DNA from: Lama guanicoe
Lineage: Eukaryota
Length of the DNA: 64,000 nt
NCBI GenBank assembly: GCA_013239625.1
Contig: MU053557.1
Span: 3,874,123 to 3,938,122 of the forward strand
Reading direction: 5' to 3'
In this document: piece after piece, positions 1-12,074 of the stretch
How positions within the stretch are numbered: the first letter of the stretch is position 1
Layout of the letters: each line of letters begins with the position of its first letter
The notes under the pieces: generated by a model
The model's input: the letters and a program-made list of their open reading frames with translations, nothing else
The model's database searches: none
What the model was told of the DNA's origin: nothing
Translations under genes and position numbers: made by a program

Positions 1-2029
1 TTGTTCTCTAGACACATTAAGTGTCTTCAACTAAAGTGAAGGTGGCAGAGGTCATGTTTCTAATCTCAAATGTTCACATGAGCATACTAACAACAGTTAA
101 CAGCAATGGAACATTTTAGTGTGTGTGTCTTACATATGCATCAACTCAATAAATAATGATGAAACTGAGTATGTCTGAGTTTCAGTTTGCATGAAGCCAT
201 TGTGTGCTGAATAAAGAAATCGATACCCAAAGCAGAGAAGAAGACATTCAAGATTCTATCTCAAGTATCAGTCACCCTCTAGGACTAAGTGTTCTGAAAC
301 TAATGCCTCCACAGGGGTGAAGACTAGGTTAAAAGATCAAACAGAGAAATGGCAAAAGGCCTTAAGTTAGGTAGTGATTACTTAAGGACTTGACATTTGG
401 TCTCTTTCTTAATATTGTAAAGTATTTAATGAGACTTGGTAACCAATTGGCAAGGCTCCCTCTGACAATTTTGGCAATGTGACACAGAATTTAAGACACA
501 CTATGTCTTCCATGTAATATGAATTATATTTCAAAGACCAGACCAAATATTCAATTTGTCTGCTGGATTCAGTTCAACCTACTTGCTATGTAGGTTGCTA
601 TGTGGGTGATGCCTTCTATTTTTTGTGCTTAAACTTTATACACCTCCTGGGGTTCAGAGAACAAAACTTGACATGTTTCCCCGCTGAGAGAGAATTAGCA
701 GGAAACAGTGTTTAAAATATTTAGAAGAAAGCAAACAGAGAGTTCAAAGTCCCTTTCCCTGTAGCTGCATGACAAATGGCTTGTTGAGATTAAATCAGGT
801 AACTGGACACAATGCTGTAAGACAGCCCACAGCCAGAAACCAGGATCACTAAAGTGCAGACTTAGCAGAATTTGACTCCTTCAGTTGGGAATTACTATCA
901 TGATTTTAGAAATAAGAAAGAAACACAGGAATATGGAGAAACTGAGTTTAACTTGCATAAGATCATAGAGCTAAAAAAGAGGAGAGACCAGCACCTCAGG
1001 TCATCTGACTTCACTGCTATTGAAGTCAAAATTGTTACTATTTCCATAGAAATGTGATGACTGCTGAAAGAAGAGCCTTGATGGAGAATCTCACTCTGAA
1101 ATATGCTAGACATCCTCTCCCCTTCTCTAACAAGTGGCTGTGGTGAGCATTTTCTGAGCCTGCGCCAAGATAGAATTTTGACCTTACTCTCAAGTGTAAA
1201 GGAAGACAGTAATGCAAGACAATTCTAAAGACGGGAGAATTCCCACCACAAAGGAGAAATTAACCACCCCATTTCAGAAAATTGGAGGACTAAAAACAAT
1301 TATTCAAAAAGCCCTTTGGAATGGTTCAGAGAAGAGGTCCATAGAGCGCACTGTCTTACTCATCACAACCAACAGTACCTTCAGCCAATCCACCCAGGCA
1401 GTCTCTATACCTTCACCACATCGACTGTCTTCTGACTGCGCTATCCTCGCATACAAGGCACTCATCATGTGTGTTATTTATATGTGCTATTTTAAAGTAT
1501 AATAGCACGGAAGTTAGATAAAAAGGGTTGGTGGGACAGCTGAGGGCCCTAAGTACATAAGAAGCAATTGTTGAGGCAAACTGCAGATGCAGCTACTGTG
1601 GTCCATTTGTTGCTGTTTGAGAATTGACTGCATTGAGTTCTATACGTGAGTGTGTGGATGTGAAAATAACTTGTATCAAATCTGCCCATTTTGAGCAATA
1701 TATATGGTAGCACAAATCTAACAAAATATGATTGAAGAATCTTGATGTATTTTCTTGCATTTTCACTGCTCATTCTTTCAACTTGTCTGTATTCTAAAAC
1801 TCATCACAATAGAATTTTGGTAAAAATTGTCTGATCTTTAAAAAGACAAAAAATTCACATATTATATGGAGTATATTATATATGTGTGTGTGCATAAAAT
1901 CCAAGGCATTTAGGTTCAATTAGCCTCTTCTGACATTCATACAAATTCCAATCAGGACAGAGAAAAATTATGTTTTGGGGAAAAGTTGCCTTCTTACTGT
2001 TGAAAAATTTTAAACTTATCCTTTTCTTT

Positions 2030-2120
2030 TTTATTTTTAATGTTAAGTACTGGGGACTGAACCCAGGACCTCATGCACACTAAGCACCTGCTCTACCACT
2101 GAGCTATCCCTCCCCCCTAA
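2030..2120 (-). mobile_element. tRNA-derived SINE (Vic-1-like, camelid type)
   Basis: gtactggggactgaacccaggacctcatgcacactaagcacctgctctaccactgagctat core; flanked by near-direct repeats aaacttatcctttt / aaacttaccctttc. Confidence 0.8.
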
Positions 2121-3201
2121 ACTTACCCTTTCTGACGCCTTAAAATTGCTGGCTTCATTCAAAGAAATAACTTACTAGTTTCAAAACTGCCCTTCTAAAT
2201 AAACTAAAAATCAAATACAATCCAGAATCACTCAATCTGAGGCTCTTAGAATTAGATGGGAGGGGTTGTAAGAATCATCTAGTTCACTGCCCTTCCAGAA
2301 GCTGAAATTTTCTTCAGAATTCCAGTTTACCCTGTACTTCCTCATATGAGAACTAGTTCTGCCATCTGGAACAATGCAGATCAAATAATATCATTTTTCT
2401 CCATACAAATGTCTTTCAGAAGATGACTCCAATGGTAATGTCACTCCAAAGTCAGTCTTTACTCAAGGCTGTTTCCTACAGCCATCAACCAACCTTATGC
2501 TGTACCATCTCTAGACCTCAGATTATCAGAGTCATCTTCTTTTGGACATGCTTCAATTAATTCAAGTTTCTCTTAATATAGGGCAACCAATCTTGAATAC
2601 AATACCGCAGTGTTCCATAATGTTGGGTCTATGACTGACTAAAAATTCCAAGGTGATATTCACATCAGCTTCTGTTTAGCATAATCCCTTGAGGTGAGAA
2701 GGCCAACAGCGTAATGTTTGCTCGAACATGAGATCCATTGTCCCTTGTTACTTCATAAAAGTACATTGTTCATTATTATTCCCCACTGGATGCACTCGTC
2801 ACTTACTAGTGACCAATACTCCATGCATTTCTACTTGCTTTTAAAATATATTTTGAGGTAAATAATTGGCACATAACCCTGGGACTCTCTATTGGAGACG
2901 CATAAACTTGGAAAGTCACTAACGGCACCTACTGAAGATAAGTCATCTTTTCCCAATAAAAAAGTGGACACCAAATTTACCACTTTCTCAGACAGGTTTC
3001 GCCTTTCTTATTTTTTTCTATGAGAAAGATATCTGATAGAAGCGTTTTAAAGTTGGATGTTTATGGGAGTTGGGGCGTGAAGCTAATTTTTTAAATGACA
3101 ATCTACTCAAGAAGCAACACCTTCCAGTTTGCAAAAGTTACTCTGTAATTTTTTTGAACACAATGACAATGTTTAGCAATAAGGGTGGAGGATTTTTCAA
3201 A

Positions 3202-3208
3202 TATATAA
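3202..3208 (+). promoter_or_regulatory. Candidate TATA box of MARCOL-like gene
   Basis: TATATAA about 100 bp upstream of the ATG at 3305. Confidence 0.4.
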
Positions 3209-3304
3209 CATGGTGGCGATCAGCATGGTTTATTCAGAAAGCATCCGCTGAGGAGTTACCCTTAACTCCATTCAACGGCCAGCTCTGAAACAACAGGCTC
3301 CAAC

Positions 3305-3353
3305 ATGGAGGCTTTCATTTTCCTTCCCTTCCTATTCTTAGCCATATTCTCAG
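3305..3353 (+). CDS. MARCOL: MARCO-like protein with C-terminal Kazal domain, coding exon 1 (signal peptide). CDS join(3305..3353,5188..5828,7518..7639,8610..8655), 285 aa
   Basis: caacATGG start; MEAFIFLPFLFLAIFS hydrophobic leader; phase-1 donor CAG|GTAAGA. Resembles the recalled N-terminus of human MARCOL. Confidence 0.85.
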
Positions 3354-5187
3354 GTAAGAAAATTTATTCAATGACTTTCCTTCCAACTCTCAAAGAATTA
3401 GAAATGTTGAGTGGTTTAGTAATATTCTGTCAGAAATGTTAAAACAGGAAGTCTCTATCAAAGAAATGAAAGAACGTCATTTGAGACAATGTAAATACAG
3501 ACGGAGGTATAATGATCGTGATCAGGTGGTACAACAGGGAATAGTTTGGTGTGGCTGAAGAGCAGCAGAGACAAAGGAATGGGGAAAGCAGGACATTAGA
3601 CAGGAAAGAAAATGCAGTCTAAAAGGATGATGAGAACAGACCCGGAATAAAGACAGTATGAGATTTGTGCCATACCCGAGTTTGTGTTCCTTAAAGGCTG
3701 CGGTTTTGTGTGATGATCCAGGGTCGTGTGGTCAAACAGAAATAGGTTCAAATCCTGGCTTTTCAATTTTCTACTTATGTGCTTTTGGGCAGCTTACTTA
3801 TTTTAACCTTAGTTTTCTCATATGCAAAATGAAAATAACTATACATTTCCACAGGTTATTATAGGAACTGTGTGTATGCTAACTCTATGACCATTACCTG
3901 AGTTCTTTGTAGGTGCCTCTGATTCAACTTAGTTCTATTTCTTACCTCAACACAGTTAGGTTTTCTATTTTCAGAGATGTGAATTTCCAGCTAATGATAC
4001 AAATTTCTCAAGATAATAAATGATACAGATAATAGATTTCTCAAGATGGTAAACTATGATACATGAAACTAATTCCAATTTATCTCCAAATTCTGACCTC
4101 CTACTTGAACAGCTTTTTTCTTACACGTACTGAAAGGAAATAATTAAAGTAAAGTGCCCACGACCTTCAGCTGCTCATAGTTGGAACACAAGAAATAGTG
4201 GTTCTCCTCTCATTGAAATCATTGCAGTTGTTTCAGATTGTTGAGTACAGAGGTGATCAGACCCACTCTCTTAAGGAATATTAGTCTGCAGCGATACTGA
4301 AAATGAATTAGACGTAAGAAAAGTCACACAGAAATGCCACTTAGGGAGCTGCTGAAGCAGTAGCATTAAGAAATAAGAATAAGTAGGGTGGGTAGAGCTC
4401 AGGGTAAAGCAAATGCCTAGCATGCATTATAAAAGGATGGGCTTCCAAAATAAACATAAGAAGTAGATAGAGTAGACAAGTTATGGAACGTATGTTTTAA
4501 GAAACAGTCACATAATATCTATTATGTCCTTGAGTAGTTTTCTCACAAAAGAGAGAAGCAAACACTGGAGAGTACGATTGACTGATTGATGCTAGGGCCT
4601 TTATGAGAAACGGTGGACATAAAATTGATTGGAAAAAAAAAGTAGGTTCTGAAGAAGAAGGGAAACCACTGCCTTTGGGACGGGGGAAGGAAAGAAGATG
4701 GCTACAGAAAGTGTGTATGGAGATATAGAAAGAACGTGGAAGGAGGGCTCATGCCTGGCAGCTTTCGTGTGTGGAAAGTTGATGGTGGCATCTTCTGTAA
4801 GGTGAGGCTGACAATGTGGGACAGGGTTCTGTGATGTGGTGAAAGTTCACAGTGGAAATTAAGCAGAGTCAGCTTGATTAATCAGTAAATCATTAATTAT
4901 TTGGGATAATATGAAAGCCCAGTTTAAATAATTCAGGCTCTGATTTAGAAATAGGGCAAGGTGGCTTAACCCCATTATTTTTAGAAGCCATGTAGTACAG
5001 TCAAGAAAAAAAAAGAGGACTCAAAATAATCAGGTTATGAGAGGTAATGGGAAGACTCCATCCTGAGGTTTGGTTAAAAAAAAATCAAAGAGGCATTAAA
5101 CACATACTATGTCTTGGGATAAATGCTATTGATTTAAAATTCTTGAAGTTAAATAACTTTATCTTTGTGCTTATGGTATCATTGCAG

Positions 5188-5828
5188 TATCTTCAGCCCA
5201 GCCACTGAAAACAAGTGTTTATAAACTAGAAGAGAGTGGAGAACCTGCACTTATTCTAGAAAGAAAAAATGAAGCTGCCCATCAAGGAGGTCAAATAGAA
5301 TCTAATAAGCAAAGAGGTAGCAACACACATGGAAAACCAGGGACATTTAGTCTACAAGGACAGCCAGGGCATTCTAACCAGCCAAAGAAACCAGGGAATT
5401 TTAATCAGCAAGGGAGGACAGGAGTTTTCAATCGGCCTGAGAGTTTGCAAGGGAATTCAGGACAACGTAACCAAAATGAGAATCCAGAAGTTACTAACGA
5501 GCAAGGAAAACCAGGATCTTCCAACCAGCAAGGGAAGCCAGGGTCAGCTAACCAGCAAGGGGGCCCAGGGTCAGCCGGCCAGCAAGGGGGCCCAGGGTCA
5601 GCCGGCCAGCAAGGGAAGCCAGGATCTTCTGGCCAGAAAGGGAAGCCAGGATCTTCTGGCCAGCAAGGGAAGCCAGGATCTTCTGGCCAGCAAGGGAAGC
5701 CAGGGTCACATAGCCAAAAAGGAAAGCCAGGATTATCTAGCCAACAAGGGAAATCAAGGTCTTTCTACAATCAAGAAGAAAGAAAAAATGGAGGCAACCC
5801 TTTGCATGGCAATATAATGGAGATTCAG
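5188..5828 (+). CDS. MARCOL: MARCOL-like exon 2 (G/Q/K/S/P-rich 9-mer repeat region)
   Basis: Acceptor ttgcAG|TA. Open frame VSSAQPLKTSVYKLEESGEPALILERKNEAAHQGG...GKPGSSGQQ repeats...GNIMEIQ, same frame as ORF 5445..5900. Phase-0 donor CAG|GTTAGT. Confidence 0.88.
5505..5747 (+). repeat. Coding 27-bp minisatellite, 9 units (G[KG]PG[SL]xxQ[QK])
   Basis: Units begin every 27 nt from 5505. Degenerate 9-aa units also occur at 5331-5438. Confidence 0.9.
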
Positions 5829-7517
5829 GTTAGTGTTAATTTCTGTTTTTTCCCTCAGGAAGCTTACCTCAGCCATTCTATATCCCAAGATTTGAAATAG
5901 TAGACTACACTATACTAATGACAAACACATTGTGATAACACTGATATAACAAAGAAGAAATTGCAGGTGGTATTTTTGTACACATTTATAATCATTAATG
6001 AGTGTCATGCTCTTCTATTCCATCTCATTCCCTTCTCTGTTTTCCACTCAGGCCTTTCTATCTATACTGGCCTAGCTCAGTCCCTCAATAATTGGGCCCC
6101 CATTCCCACCAGGTTTACCTTTCATGCCCATTTTCATCCCCTCCATAATGTACAAACCACTCAGGTGGTAGTTCTATGTCACAAATCTAATCTGGTTTAT
6201 CACTCCCCTGCTGAAAATTTTTCAGCATTGCCATACTACCCAGGAGTTAAAACCCAAACTCCTGAGCATGGCATTTAAGATTTTTCATGATTGGACCTCA
6301 TATCCATGACTGGACATGTCTGTATCCATTTCATATCACTCTTGCTCACATGCCATCCACAACATAATCTTTTGGTTTACCATGAATGTATTCCTAATAT
6401 TAATGATATCCTCTATCATAGAATGTACCTTACTGCTTTGTTACTGTCAATTCAATTAGAGGATGAACTCCTTAAAGTGTCATTTCTTTTCAAACCTGTA
6501 ACCCCAGATCCTAGAACAAGACGGGCATATGGTAGGTTCTCTTGATCCGTTTGTTGGATGAGTGAATGAATGCCTGACATTTGAGAGTCATCCTTGCACA
6601 CCGGTGCACATCCATGACTCCTGTATTCCCTTCTGAGTCCTGCTGTGCTTGACCTTTCTTTGCCAGGCTCTCTTTCAAGTGCCAGCTTCCTAATTCTGAT
6701 CAGCAGTTCTGGACACTCCATTTAGTTGACCCAAAATAGTTTTGGAGAACACTTCCTCCATGTCACCATCTTACTGGAGACTTTGCTTTTTACCTCATAA
6801 CTTGTCACTCCTCAATACCCTTCCTAATAAAAGCTGCCCACGCCTCCCTCCTTGTCCCTTGTGTCTTAGCTGGCATGAAGTAGTGATCTCCCGGGACATT
6901 CCTGCCATCCAGACCTGAATGCCACCACCAACAGGTTTCTGAGTGTTTAGATTGTTGCTTAAACTTTTTCAGTTTTATACTCTTTTCTAAAACGGGAGAG
7001 AGAACCCTGTCCATTTCACAGAGTGTGGGTACTATTTAATTGAACTCTGCATAATCCTACCTTCAGCCTCATTTTCTTTCATGGGACCAGAAAAGAGAAA
7101 GGGCCAATTAATTATGACCATATGTGTTTTGTCTTTTCCAGTATGACTTGCCCCTAATTGTTGTTTCCTCGGGTAGGGGAAAGCTTGTCTACAAAGAATT
7201 AAAGTGGAGGCAGTCTGACATGTAAGAACAGGGGCTTTGGAGTCAGATAACTCATGGTTTGAATCCCAGCTTGGGGAGTTAATCCACATACGGTTTTGGG
7301 TTTGTCACTTAAATGCACTGTATGCCTGAGACAATGCCAGGGGACAAAATATACTCTTCTTTCATATCGCTGCACAGATTAAAAGCTAAAGAGTCACAAA
7401 ATGATGCAGTACAATGCTTTATCAGTAGTTAATGAGCAATAAGTATTTGTTTTATTACAATATCAGAATTAAATTTAGTCCCCTGTATTTACCTAATGGT
7501 CTTTCCCATCACTGCAG

Positions 7518-7639
7518 ACTGGCAGTACTGGCAATAAGAACCCGACTGGAAACACAAAATGTCAATCTGTCTACGAACCAGTCTGTGGTTCTGATGGAAA
7601 AACCTATGGTAACCGCTGCGTATTTAACGAAGCAAAAAG
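7518..7639 (+). CDS. MARCOL: MARCOL-like exon 3, Kazal core
   Basis: Acceptor ctgcAG|ACT, phase 0. TGSTGNKNPTGNTKCQSVYEPVCGSDGKTYGNRCVFNEAK(R) contains the Kazal motif C-x7-C-GSDGKTY-x-N-x-C. Phase-2 donor AAG|GTAAGA. Confidence 0.85.
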
Positions 7640-8000
7640 GTAAGAGGACTTTATGTTTCTTTGTATTAGGAAGTACTATTCTGATGCAAAGGGAATGAAA
7701 GAACATTCTTCTCTAAGTCTCCATAGTTTCCTCTCAATAGTGCCTTGGGTGTCTGTCCAAAGGAAACATAAAAGCATATTTAACCCTTGAACAGTGAAGT
7801 CAGTCATTTCCTGAGAGACTGTGATATATTCAGCTTCATAAGGAGTGGTAAATTTATTGCTGAGTCATTCACTTACCAAATATTCATTAAACATCTACTT
7901 TGCACAGGCATTCCGCTAAGCACTAAGGTGGTGAGCCAAACACAGGCTTCCCTGCTTCCTGCTCCCATGCAGCTTCCATCTTTGCAGTGGAAGGCAGCAG

Positions 8001-8029
8001 AAAAAAAAAAAAAAAAAAAAAAAAAAAAA
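8001..8029 (+). repeat. Poly(A) tract
   Basis: 29 consecutive A in the last MARCOL intron. Confidence 0.9.
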
Positions 8030-8609
8030 CAGAGTATGAGAGAATTATGAATCCCAAGGATTACCAAGTGTAGACTACTCAATGACATTTTAAACTTAAA
8101 TAACAACATTAAATGTTGGATTTGTTAAGCCATGCAAACCATCGAGAGTTACACCCTGTCTAGAAGAAATAAAATGATGATAAGGCCATTCAAAATTAGA
8201 CATGTGGCTGAGAAAGAGCTGGATAGCTCAGCTTTCAAAATGAATAAATGTTTACCTACGAAAGAAGGAATAAGGTAAAAACTATACCCCTCTTGTTTTT
8301 GATAGTTTCAGAATTTATTAAGTGTTTGGTAAATCATTATTGCAGACTTAAGAAAATGTTAAAGGTAAGTGTCCTCTGTGGCCATAAAAGTTAAAGTCAG
8401 AAGGCACATCGGACACCCATTCTCTCATTTTATAGATAAGGCACCCTGCCCAGGGACAGGAAAGGACTGCCACAAAGTGCTCACGTGGAAACAGGCCAGC
8501 CAGGGCCCAGGCCTGCTCTTTCCCTTGTGATTTTTAAATAATCACATTTTCTCTCTGAGTGGTGCCACAATTCTTAGGTCCTTGATTTCTCTCATTATCT
8601 TGTTTTCAG

Positions 8610-8655
8610 GTTGAGTAAAGGAAAACTGAGTCTGAACCATGAGGGGAAATGCTAA
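8610..8655 (+). CDS. MARCOL: MARCOL-like exon 4, Kazal C-terminus
   Basis: Acceptor tgttttcAG|G; (R)LSKGKLSLNHEGKC*. The 46-nt coding length equals that of the other Kazal terminal exons here. Confidence 0.85.
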
Positions 8656-8812
8656 GCATTTTATAGCAACCAAATCACCTGGAGCCTCAGAATCCACTTT
8701 CAGTTCTTTTCAAACGGTGGCTTTCCCTGGGAGTTCTACTGAGTGAGGCCAGCATGAGTCTGACAGATATCATGGATGGATCCTACATTATTTTCTAGCT
8801 TTTCTCACTGCA

Positions 8813-8818
8813 AATAAA
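8813..8818 (+). terminator. Polyadenylation signal of MARCOL-like gene
   Basis: AATAAA about 160 nt after the stop, followed by T-rich sequence. Confidence 0.65.
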
Positions 8819-9476
8819 GTCAGTTCCAGAGTTGCTTCCAATTTCTGAGACTGTTTATTTTCTATACTTTCTCAAACCTTGTGTCTATGATCCATCTGTT
8901 CCCAAAGCCCCAAAATGGCTAATACTTCAGACCAACAACTACAGCAGCAATTTGTAAATCCTAAGAAGTATAAAAATCTCAGGATTGCATGTAAAAAATA
9001 AAGATTCCTGACTCTACAAATATCAATGATGTAGGCCTCTAACAGAGCTAAAGAAACTGCAAGTTTAAACCACATTCCAGGTGTTTCTAATGAAGGTGGT
9101 CTCTGGCTACTTGATATAAAACTGATTAAAGATTTTTTAAGGATGCATTTATTGGCTTTAGAAGATCTATGGAAACACATGCAAAATAAATTCTCTGTGT
9201 ATTTTTTCCTTAAAAGAACGTTCAAAGCTTTCATTAGATTCTTAAAGGGATATATGAACAGAGATAGAGTTTAAAACTATTGATCCATAGGTACTGAAAT
9301 GTAGAAATTTATTTTATTTATCTGAAGTGGTATTTTAAGTCTGGCAGAGTCGAAAGCCAAAATGATTAGAAGGAATCTCACCAGGAGAGGAATCATTGGT
9401 AAGCAACACAGGGCTCAAGAATATGAACAAGACCCAAGATAATGTTGGGAGCAGAGCTGGTAAAATGGTTTTTATG

Positions 9477-10633
9477 TTCCTAGGGCAGTAAATAGAAATA
9501 AAAACAAAATAAAAAATAGGACTTAATTAAAATTATAAGCTTTTACACAGCAAAGGAAATCATAAGCAAAACAGAAAGACAACTTACAGAGTGGGAGAAA
9601 ATACTTGCAAATGATGCAACTGACAAGGGCTTAATTTCCAGAATATATAAACAGCTCACACAACTTAATAAGAAAAAAAAAACCTAATCCAAAAATGGGC
9701 AGAATACCTAAACAAGCAATTCTCCAATGAAGACATGCAAATGGCCAATAGGCACATTTTAAAAAATGCTCAATATTGTTAACTATCAGAGAAACGCAAA
9801 TCAAAACTACAATAAGGTATACCCCAGGCCAGTCAGAATGGTCATCACTGAAAAGTCCACAAATGATAAATGCTGGAGAGGGTGTGGAGAAAAGGGAATC
9901 CTTTTATACTGTTGGTGGGAATGTAGTTGGGTGCAGCCATTATGGAAAATAGTATGGAGATTCCTCAAAAGAATAAAAATAGACTTAACCATATAATCCA
10001 GCAATCCCAATCCTAGGCATATTCCAGAGAGAACCTTAATTCAAAAAGATACATGCACCCCAATGTTCATAGCAACACTATTTACAATAGCTAAGACACG
10101 GAAACAACCTAAATGGCCATCGACAGATGACTGGATAAAGATGTGATATATTTATACAATGGAATACTACTCAGCCATAAAAAGAACAATGCCATTTGCA
10201 GCAACATGGATGAATCTGGCGATTGTCATTCTAAATGAAGTAAGCCAGAAAGAGAAAGAAAAATACCATATGATATGACTTACATGTGGAATCTAAAAAA
10301 AGAGACAAACGAACTTATTTACAAAACAGAAACAGACTCACAGACATAGAAACTAACTTATGGTTACCAGGGGAGAGAAGTGGGTGGGAAGGGATAAATT
10401 GGGAGTTCGAGATTTGCAGATACTAACATATATAAAATAGATGAACAACAAGTTCATACTGTATAGCCCAGGGAACTCTATTCAGTATCTTACAGTAACT
10501 TATGGTGAAAAAGAATATGAAAACAAGTATGTGTATGTTCATGTATGACTGAAGCATTATACTGTACACCAGAAATTGACAACATTGTAAACTGACTACA
10601 CTTCGATAAAAAAATATATATAGAACCCCCCAA
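9477..10633 (+). mobile_element. 5'-truncated L1 (ORF2 3' end and 3' UTR)
   Basis: [10 protein letters not shown]...QPLWK ORF2 C-terminal motif; probable TSD aaaatggtttttatg / aaaatagttttatg. Confidence 0.9.
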
Positions 10634-12074
10634 AAAATAGTTTTATGAAAATGACATCAGAGTGGTTGCACAAAAGCTATAGGCTAGTGATGAATACAAG
10701 TCCTTTTATATTCAAAGGATCTTTATTGAGCAGTAGGGAATTCAGACAGCAGTTTATACTTGGAATATAGAGATCCGCCCCAACAAACATAGCAGGAGAG
10801 CAGACAATGGAATAGGGCACAAGGTCCAGATCCAAGTGTAGAAAGAGGTTGTGGTATCAGACAGGGTAAGTGGTTGAATTCAAGGAGAGGGAAACATAAT
10901 GTGTTATGTTTTGGAAAAATGAGAAAGGAAAGATGCAGAAGCTACAGTTGTGGGATATGCAGGTCATTACTGGACACATTATTAAAAGCATTCAATCCTA
11001 CATCTAATCGGCAACAAACAAAACTCAGAGGTCAACTGTGGAAGCCCTTCATATATTTGGGTCATGGAATGTAAGAATTCAGCTGGAAACTCAATCCCAA
11101 ATTCAAATGGATAGAATCTAAGTAAAGTTTGCTCTACACTGGTCTTTTCCTAGTATCCAAGGCTTCTGCCTTATGATTCAATTTAACGGATGATTAAACA
11201 GAGTAGAATGACTGAGCTCTCAGCAAAATGCCTCATATAGAAGCAAATAAATATTTTGAAATTAATATATACTTATAGAAAGAATAGAACTTAATGCTGG
11301 AAAATACCTCAGGACTTAATCAATTACTACTGATGTTTAATAAGTTAGTTTAGTTTTGTTCAATTTAATTGCAAGTGCCTACCAAACAATTTAGACTGAA
11401 CACAGACCTCAGCCTTCAGACACAGATTCCACAGCAAAGACAGAATTTGTAACTTCCTCTTAAATACTTAAGGATAAAAGATGTAATGACGCTCCATATT
11501 TACCCAGATTTTTTTGCACGCGCACACACACACACACACACACACCAAAAATAGCTATTTCTGTATGTTTTAGTATCAGAATTATCTCAGGAAAGTGTTC
11601 TGTGATGGAAGCCACTAATGAGTTTGTTCAAAACAATTAGGCTGTTATATCAAACAAGCATTTGATAATTACTTGAAAAGACATTAATGGAGTCTTTCAA
11701 ATATACAGTGAGCACCTTGAAGGGGAAAACTTTAGATTATTTTTGTACACAAAAGGGACTTAGGAAAATTGTTTTACTGAATGAATCAATGACTGATCAA
11801 TGCAGGAGAGGACCAGTGAAGCAGGTGTTCAGCTCTCTCCTTCTTAAGCACCTCTATCTTAGTGCAAGCTACTATTTACTGTCTCTTCCTGAAGCACTGC
11901 AAGATCTCCCTAAATGGTCTGGGTGTCTTTACTTTCGATCTTTCTAATTCATTCCTCATAGAGCAGCAAGAGTGATCTGTTTGAAATACAAATTTTATAA
12001 TGTACTACTGCTATCCCACCTTATGACACTCGGGCCCCTAATATTTGGGACAACCTTCACATTCTATATCTGAC

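Noticed and set aside
5505..5747. CRISPR-like array or other prokaryotic system
   Set aside because: Contiguous coding tandem repeat without unique spacers, in clearly mammalian DNA.
5329..5817. 162-aa ORF with SKGSQDLLA repeats, superficially cementoin- or semenogelin-like
   Set aside because: Shadow frame of the 27-bp repeat. It has no signal peptide and is out of phase with the spliced exon 1.
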